In this document: in pieces, positions 57,699 to 64,000 of the stretch
Layout of the letters: each line of letters starts with the position of its first letter
Position numbering within the stretch: the stretch's first letter is position 1
Source: Octopus vulgaris
Lineage: Eukaryota
Direction of reading: 5' to 3'
DNA: 64,000 nt
NCBI GenBank assembly: GCA_951406725.2
Contig: OX597822.1
Location: 84,320,001-84,384,000, forward strand
Notes under the pieces: model-generated
What the model saw: the letters and a program-made list of their open reading frames with translations, nothing else
Told to the model about the DNA's origin: nothing
Database searches by the model: none
Made by a program: the position numbers and the translations under genes

Positions 57699-60396
57699 CT
57701 GAAATATAAAATCATAAAGAGATAGATTAATATATAAAGAAAACAAATACAAATAACATGACCTCACCCATTTCCAAGCAACCCCAAAAGGATGAAATCT
57801 CAGATTTAGACATGTTTTTCATGGATAAATGGAAATGAGTAGCCTCGCCTGTTTGTCAATGATACTCATTCAAAGCTATCATGGGAGCTCTAAACAAGGG
57901 TACACACACACACAGATAGGCTTCTTTCAGTTTTTGTGCCAGTGGCACGTAAAAAGCACCGTCCGATTGTGGTCGATGCCAGCCCCCTCTGGCCCCTGTG
58001 CCAGGGGCACATAAAAAAAGGACCCACTTCACTTTCATGCACATGGAATGTCAACCCCGCTGTATGTGGCCAAGCATTATCCTGATGGAAGAACACCTTT
58101 CGTCTTGAAACCAAAGATGTGGTCTTTTTTCTTCTAGTGCAGACTTAAGCTGCTCAAGCTGGCCACAGCAGATATTTGTTATTTGGTTTTAAAAGTTCAA
58201 AGTGAACTTAACTTTTCATATCCCACCAAACAGATAACAACACCTTATGTGGGTGAAGACCCTCTTTAGCATGGGTTGCCAGTGTTTCTTCTTTTCCTAC
58301 CCACAGTCTTCAGTGCTTGACATTTCTCTTCATCAGTCACTATTCAGTCCAAAAAAGTTTCTTTCATGAGACTTGACAGCAAAGAAAAGCACACATTCTC
58401 TTAGCATGCAATTAGACTAAGAAAATTTGTGAAGAACCCACTGACCCAATTTGCTGACTTTTCCAATAGCATGCAGGTGTTGATGAATAGTTGAATGACC
58501 AAATCTAAGCTTCTCTGCTAGTTTCTCAACAGTTACAATGAGATTTTGTTCCACCAGGCTTTGCAGGACGTCCTTGTCATGTTCTACAGATCTTCCTGGA
58601 TGAGGTTCGTCTTGTAGGCTGTAATTTCTGACAATAAGCATAAGCCATTGAAACTGGCTTATGCTTATTGTCTGATCCCCATATACTGCATTAATATTCC
58701 TCGTTGCATTGTTGCTTTTATTGAACTCATAAAGCAAAATATGCTCCTTTGTCACTTCCATTATAGGTTTGAAAAAGTTACTTAAAATCAAACTGCACTC
58801 TTCAAAACTTGCACTAAGAATAAGTACAAGGTAAAATTACTACCTGCTTTGATACTAAGTTGATGCAGGTAGTTTATCCCATCCTCCTCCAGCTTTTAGT
58901 TCATGTAATTGAAAAAACTGCATTATTTATGGGATGACCCAATACAAGAACAAAATATTTTAACAATATTTATTTTACAATTCTTAATGAGTCAAGTAAA
59001 ACCAATATCATAGCTGTGGCCTGTGCCTCCTGACTGACTCCCATGCCAGTGGTACGTAAAAAGCACCAACTGCACATGGCTCAAACTAGTACCCAATGAT
59101 CGACTCCTGTGCCGGTAGCACGTAAAAAGCACCCACTACACTTTCGGAGTGGTTGGCATTAGGAAGGACATCCAGCTGTAGAAACTCTGCCAGATCAGAT
59201 TGGAGCCTGGTACAACCATCCAACCCATGCCAGCATGGAAAACGGACGTTAAACAATGATGATGATGAAGAGGATTTCTTTTAAACATGGAACAGGTATG
59301 AGATCCATTTGTGTAGAATATGAATTAGGGGTTCATAAAGTATTGATTAATAGCTTGCCTCCAGATTTCAAGCCTTGTTCCATTCTAAGTAAGTTCTTCT
59401 CTGCTGGAGGATTCAAACTACCCTGTTGGATGTTGAATGCAGTTAAAACAAGGGTTTGGTGAAATAATTAAGGCTTGCCATGAGACAACTGCAGATTAAC
59501 AAAAGAACCTTGGTCATGTGATCAATCAGCCTATCAGATGTTCTTATAGACATCACTGGTCACAATGCACTTTACATCATGTTAGCTTCATTTACATCAT
59601 TCTAGACAATCAGGCCAACATTTTCCCCCAAATGGAAAGCTATTCTGTTGCAGGTGTGACCCATTTACGGTTGAGTGGACTGGAGCAACATGAAATGAAA
59701 TGGTTCACTCAAGAACACAACATCCTGCTCTGTCCAGGAATGAACCCATGGTCACCAGGTCATGAGTGTAACACCCTAACCACTAGGCCACATGCTTTTA
59801 AAAAACGCCTCAATAAGGATAAAAATTAAAATTTCATAAGCTTTACCTTTTCTGGTAATTTTTTAGTCAAATGAGGGAATTTACAAAATCTCTTCAACTT
59901 TTTAAACAACTGATGTTCTGTGTTATAAAGGTAGCATTCTAAAAGAAAAACAAAAAATTAGATGTATCAGTTTAAATATGTAATTTACAGAAGGAAATAG
60001 AAAAAAAAATACAATCATCTTTGAAATAAGTATTTTAAATATTCGTTTTGTAAATTTTAAATGATGCAAAAGAAGACTGTGATTTTATATTTCGATTCTG
60101 CTCACAAATAAACACACACGTGTGTGTGTGTGTGTATCTGCTTATGTTTGCAATTAAGAACAGATGTTGCCATTGTCAATAAAAGGACCAGTCAATAGAA
60201 ATCAATTGTTGAGATTAAGTAAATATTTAAGTTGGTTAAAACTGTCTCTGAGAAAACAGCCATCTTGTTTCTCTGGTGGATATCTTCACAGAATAGAACT
60301 GACGAGGACTTGAACAACATTCAAGAGATAGGAGGAAAACGAACAAACAAACAAAAACAGAAAAAGGTGAAAAATGTACAGATTGGAGGAAGATAG

Positions 60397-60434
<38 letters not shown>

Positions 60435-60884
60435 ATACACACACACAAACATACACATACATACATACATAGATATCTGATTGGGATAAGAATATAGGTT
60501 TTAACAGTTGGTATTGCCGTATTTAATACAGCTGTGTGCTTAGGAAGTTTACTTCTCTACCATAAGGTTTCAGGTTCAGTCCCATTGTGTGGCACCTTGG
60601 TCAAGTGTCTTCTATTATAGCCCCAGGCTGACCAACGCCTTGTGAATGAAATGGGCAGACAGAAACTATAAAGAAGCCCTTCACATGCATGCATGCATCT
60701 GTCTCTCTCCTTGTTTTGGCATTGCATTCATTGTTGTAAATTGAATGCTGCTCATTTTCAATCTTTAGTGAAAACATGTCTGGACATGGGGAAATATTGC
60801 TTGGAAAGAGGAAAGGGCAGTGGTTCCCAACCTGTGGTCCACAACAGTAGTACTGGAGGTCCATGAACTAAATTCAAAATTTCA

Positions 60885-60922
<38 letters not shown>

Positions 60923-63141
60923 CATACACACACACACATAAGGATATTAAAAGGGGTCAGTGGGAAAACTCATTTAAATAAAAGGAGACCTTTGTAGTGA
61001 AAAGGTTGGGAACTACTAGGTAAGGGTTAGCAACAGGAAGGGCATAGAAAATCTGCCTCACCAAACGCCATCTGGCCTATGCAAGCTCAGAAAAGTGGAC
61101 ATCAAAAAAAATGGACCATGAAATGGAGAGAATTCAGAGTAAATTAAAAATTATGATTAGATGCAAAAGTGTAAAGCAGAAAAAGAGAAACAAGTTGAAA
61201 GAATTCGCAGAAAATTGACCATAAAACATTGATATTGAAAGTAAAGAAGCAAGAGATGGCAGTGAAATGGGACTTAACTCTTATTTGGTTATTTTACATC
61301 TGTTTTCTATGCTAGCAAGGGTTGGAGGAGTAGTCATGATCCAAATTCCTTCTTACTTAGAAGAATTACTTTACAACTACACAGGTTGGAAAAGCCTACA
61401 ATTTTGCTCGCTACATTCTATTCTTAGCTTGGTTTTTACAGATGGTAGCCTTTCCTGACACTTAACAGTCTACAGGGTGTGTATCATCATCATCGTTATG
61501 ATGTCCCCTATTTCCACACATGCATGGGTTAGACAGAACGTAACAAGGCAGATATTCTACAGCCTGATGCCCATCTGTCACCAACCCTCACTTGATTCTT
61601 AGTAAGGTAATATCTCGCCATAACTAGACATGTTTTCATGGAAGATTGAAAACAAAGGACATGAATTCCACAATGATAACATTTATTCACAACTTTCACA
61701 CAAAATCAAGGCAAAGAGACCAGTAATACACACACACAAACTTCTTTCAGTTTCTGCCTACCAAATTCACTCACAAAGCTTTGGTCAGCCCAAGGTTATC
61801 ATAGAAGACACCCTATCTCTTACCACTTCTGTGACTATCCACTGCATGGCTCTCTCTCTCTCTTTCTTTTCTCTGTCTGACTAGTAAACACCACTGCCTC
61901 CCTTTTATTACTCATTACTATCACTGTCTCTCAGCCATGTCCTCCTCTTCTAGCACCTTCTTGTCTCAAACATTCTATATCTGCTATTATACTACTGTCC
62001 CTTTCAACATCTCACCCAAATTTATTGCCTTCTCAAAGCTATGTGCTTGAAAAGCAAACTTCTTACCAGACAGCCATACCTGTAAACATGGCATTTCCAT
62101 CACTGTGCAAACACTAGAGAGGTTGTCATGTCCTTGAATAGCCTTGCATTGTCTTCCCTTGTTCACCAGCCACTTTCTAGAGTGTACTGGGAGATACAAC
62201 GCTTCAACATTATGCTGTCTCCAGCATGATCAAGAGAATTAATAAATGAGAGGGCAACAAATTTGGGTGAGATGGTGAAAGAGACAATAGTATAAGATGA
62301 GAACCAATATTTGGAATGAGAGACTGCTAAAGGAGGGAGAAATGGATGAGAGACAGTGATGGTAATGAGTGATACAAGAGAAGCGGTGATGTTTATTAGT
62401 CAAAGAGAGAGCCATACAATGGATAGTCACAGAAGTGGTAAGAGACAGTCAGGGTGCTAATAAGCGGGAGTGATGGTTGGCACTAGAGAAGGGTGATGCG
62501 AGAGAATGATGAAGGCCAATAGTGATCTGGGAAAGAGGGAGTGATGGACAGCAGCAGAGAAGTCCGATACAAGAGAAGGATGAAGGCCAATAGTGGTCTG
62601 GGGTAGAGGGAGTGATGGCTGACAGTAGAGAAAGGTGACACGAGGGAATGATGAAGGCCAATAGTGGTCTCGGGTAGGAGTGATGGCTGGTACTAGAGAA
62701 GTGTGACAGTAATTACATTGAGCTCAGTGCTCAACTGGTACTTATTTCATAAACTTTGATAGGATGAATGGCAAAGTCAACCTTGGTAGAATTTGAACCC
62801 AGAACATAAAGCTATACAAAAAGTACTGAGCATTTTGTCCAGTATGCTCATGACTCTACCAGCTCACTGCTTTCACCTTAATAACAATATTAATATTAAT
62901 TATAATAAAGTGAGGCTTGAAAACATGCATCCAATGGGAAGTATATTTGTCTGGTCTATCATTGATAAAAAATCAATAGCAATAAGATACGATAAAGAAT
63001 TTCAGTTAAAGTTAGGTATTAAGCATGGAAGCAAAGTCTATGAAGTTACATTATAAGACAAGATACTTACGTGGAAATATTTCTGGATAGACTAATTTAT
63101 TTGGACAGAGAGGGTAACAACCATAATAAACAGCTTCAAGC
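57603..63141 (-). CDS. GTDC1: Glycosyltransferase-like domain-containing 1 / queuosine-tRNA mannosyltransferase (GTDC1/QTMAN), 3' part; gene continues beyond the window end
   Basis: Three minus-strand GT-AG exons splice in frame to [73 protein letters not shown]...*. This aligns by eye with the recalled human GTDC1 C-terminus ([45 protein letters not shown]). Confidence 0.9.
58020..58944 (-). mobile_element. Decayed mariner transposon in GTDC1 last intron
   Basis: [32 protein letters not shown]; [11 protein letters not shown]; terminus TATTGGGTCATCCCATAAATAATG. Confidence 0.82.
59847..59938 (-). CDS. GTDC1: GTDC1 penultimate coding exon
   Basis: ttttag|(Q)[30 protein letters not shown]|gtaaag. 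Confidence 0.9.
61812..62705. repeat. Inverted pair of a dispersed repeat (~61812-61990 vs ~62280-62446) plus a ~70-bp tandem repeat
   Basis: TCTCTTACCACTTCTGTGACTATCCA matches the reverse complement at ~62420-62445; GATGAAGGCCAATAGTG x3. Confidence 0.7.
63071..63141 (-). CDS. GTDC1: GTDC1 internal exon
   Basis: ttacag|(M)[23 protein letters not shown]|gtaagt. Confidence 0.92.
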
Positions 63142-64000
63142 CTGTAACGATAAAATTGAAAATAATGTCAACACCACACACTTATACACACACTCACACC
63201 TCTGTATGTGGCATATGTATGATGGTCACTTACATCAGGAACAACAACAGGAAAGTGTTCGGCAAATGAGTTCTAGCAAGTGGTGAGAAGACGTGTAAAG
63301 AACAGATAATGATATTTAATTAGGAACAAGAAAGTAATGGAAAACAATTAAAAGGATGTGTAATAATGAAATCACTCTAGCTGACTGACAGTAGCAACCC
63401 CATGTCTTATTGCTGACAAGAGAACAGAGAAGAGATGTTTGCTACATGTGCAGTAGCAGACCCTCATTGCTCTAGTGCAATGTGAAAGATTACAAATATC
63501 TCATTTACTTAACAGATTTTCATTGAAATCTCATCTGGTGTGACATGCCCCCCTGGTGCTGAGATTGGGTGGCATAAATTCTCCCCAGGCGTTTCTTGGT
63601 GGTTGACCTGTTTGCTTTTTTTTTTTTTTAAGCTTATTGTTAATCTGCAGAATTTGCCTTCTGAAGATCAGTTGACAAGGCAGACCTGTTGAGGCAAGTG
63701 AAATCGAAATCGAAATCGCTCAAAAATCAATGGAAATTGTAGTTGTGATACCTGTGCCGGTGGCATGTAAAAGAACCATCCGAATGTGGCTGTTGCCAGC
63801 GCTGCCCCGACTGGCCTCCATGCCGGTGGCACGTAAAAAGCACCAACCGATCATGGCCGTTGCCAGCCTCACCTGGCACCTGTGCCAGTGGCACGTAAAA
63901 AGCACCCACTACACTCATGGAGTGGTTGGCGTTAGGAAGGGCATCCAGCTGTAGAAACACTGCCAGATCAGACTGGGCCTGGTGCAGCCTCCTGGCTTCC

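Overview
AT-rich, microsatellite- and transposon-dense eukaryotic (animal) genomic DNA. The repeat landscape of tRNA-derived SINEs, RTE 3' tails and long (TA)n/(CATA)n tracts looks like an octopod cephalopod, which is an inference. Manual splicing recovers three intron-containing genes: (1) a complete 19-exon NOL10/Enp2 gene (+, 7942-38590, 707 aa); (2) a complete 4-exon ATPSCKMT/FAM173B methyltransferase (+, 41963-50801, 217 aa); (3) the last three coding exons of GTDC1/QTMAN (-, 63141-57603), which the ORF track does not show in the coding frame. Introns and intergenic DNA hold decayed CR1, RTE, CRE, R4/Dong-like and Penelope retroelements, two probable solo LTRs, mariner, hAT, Chapaev3-like and piggyBac-like DNA elements, and many SINEs. 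The most notable non-coding signal is a set of hammerhead-ribozyme motifs of the minimal Penelope/retrozyme type. Four have intact cores and lie in NOL10 introns, several are degenerate, and one sits in a composite element with a tRNA-like head and inverted repeats. Other notable features are a 4x tandem duplication of a NOL10 splice acceptor, long fold-back hairpins and a pre-miRNA-sized hairpin. Most ORFs in the ORF track are microsatellite or repeat artefacts.
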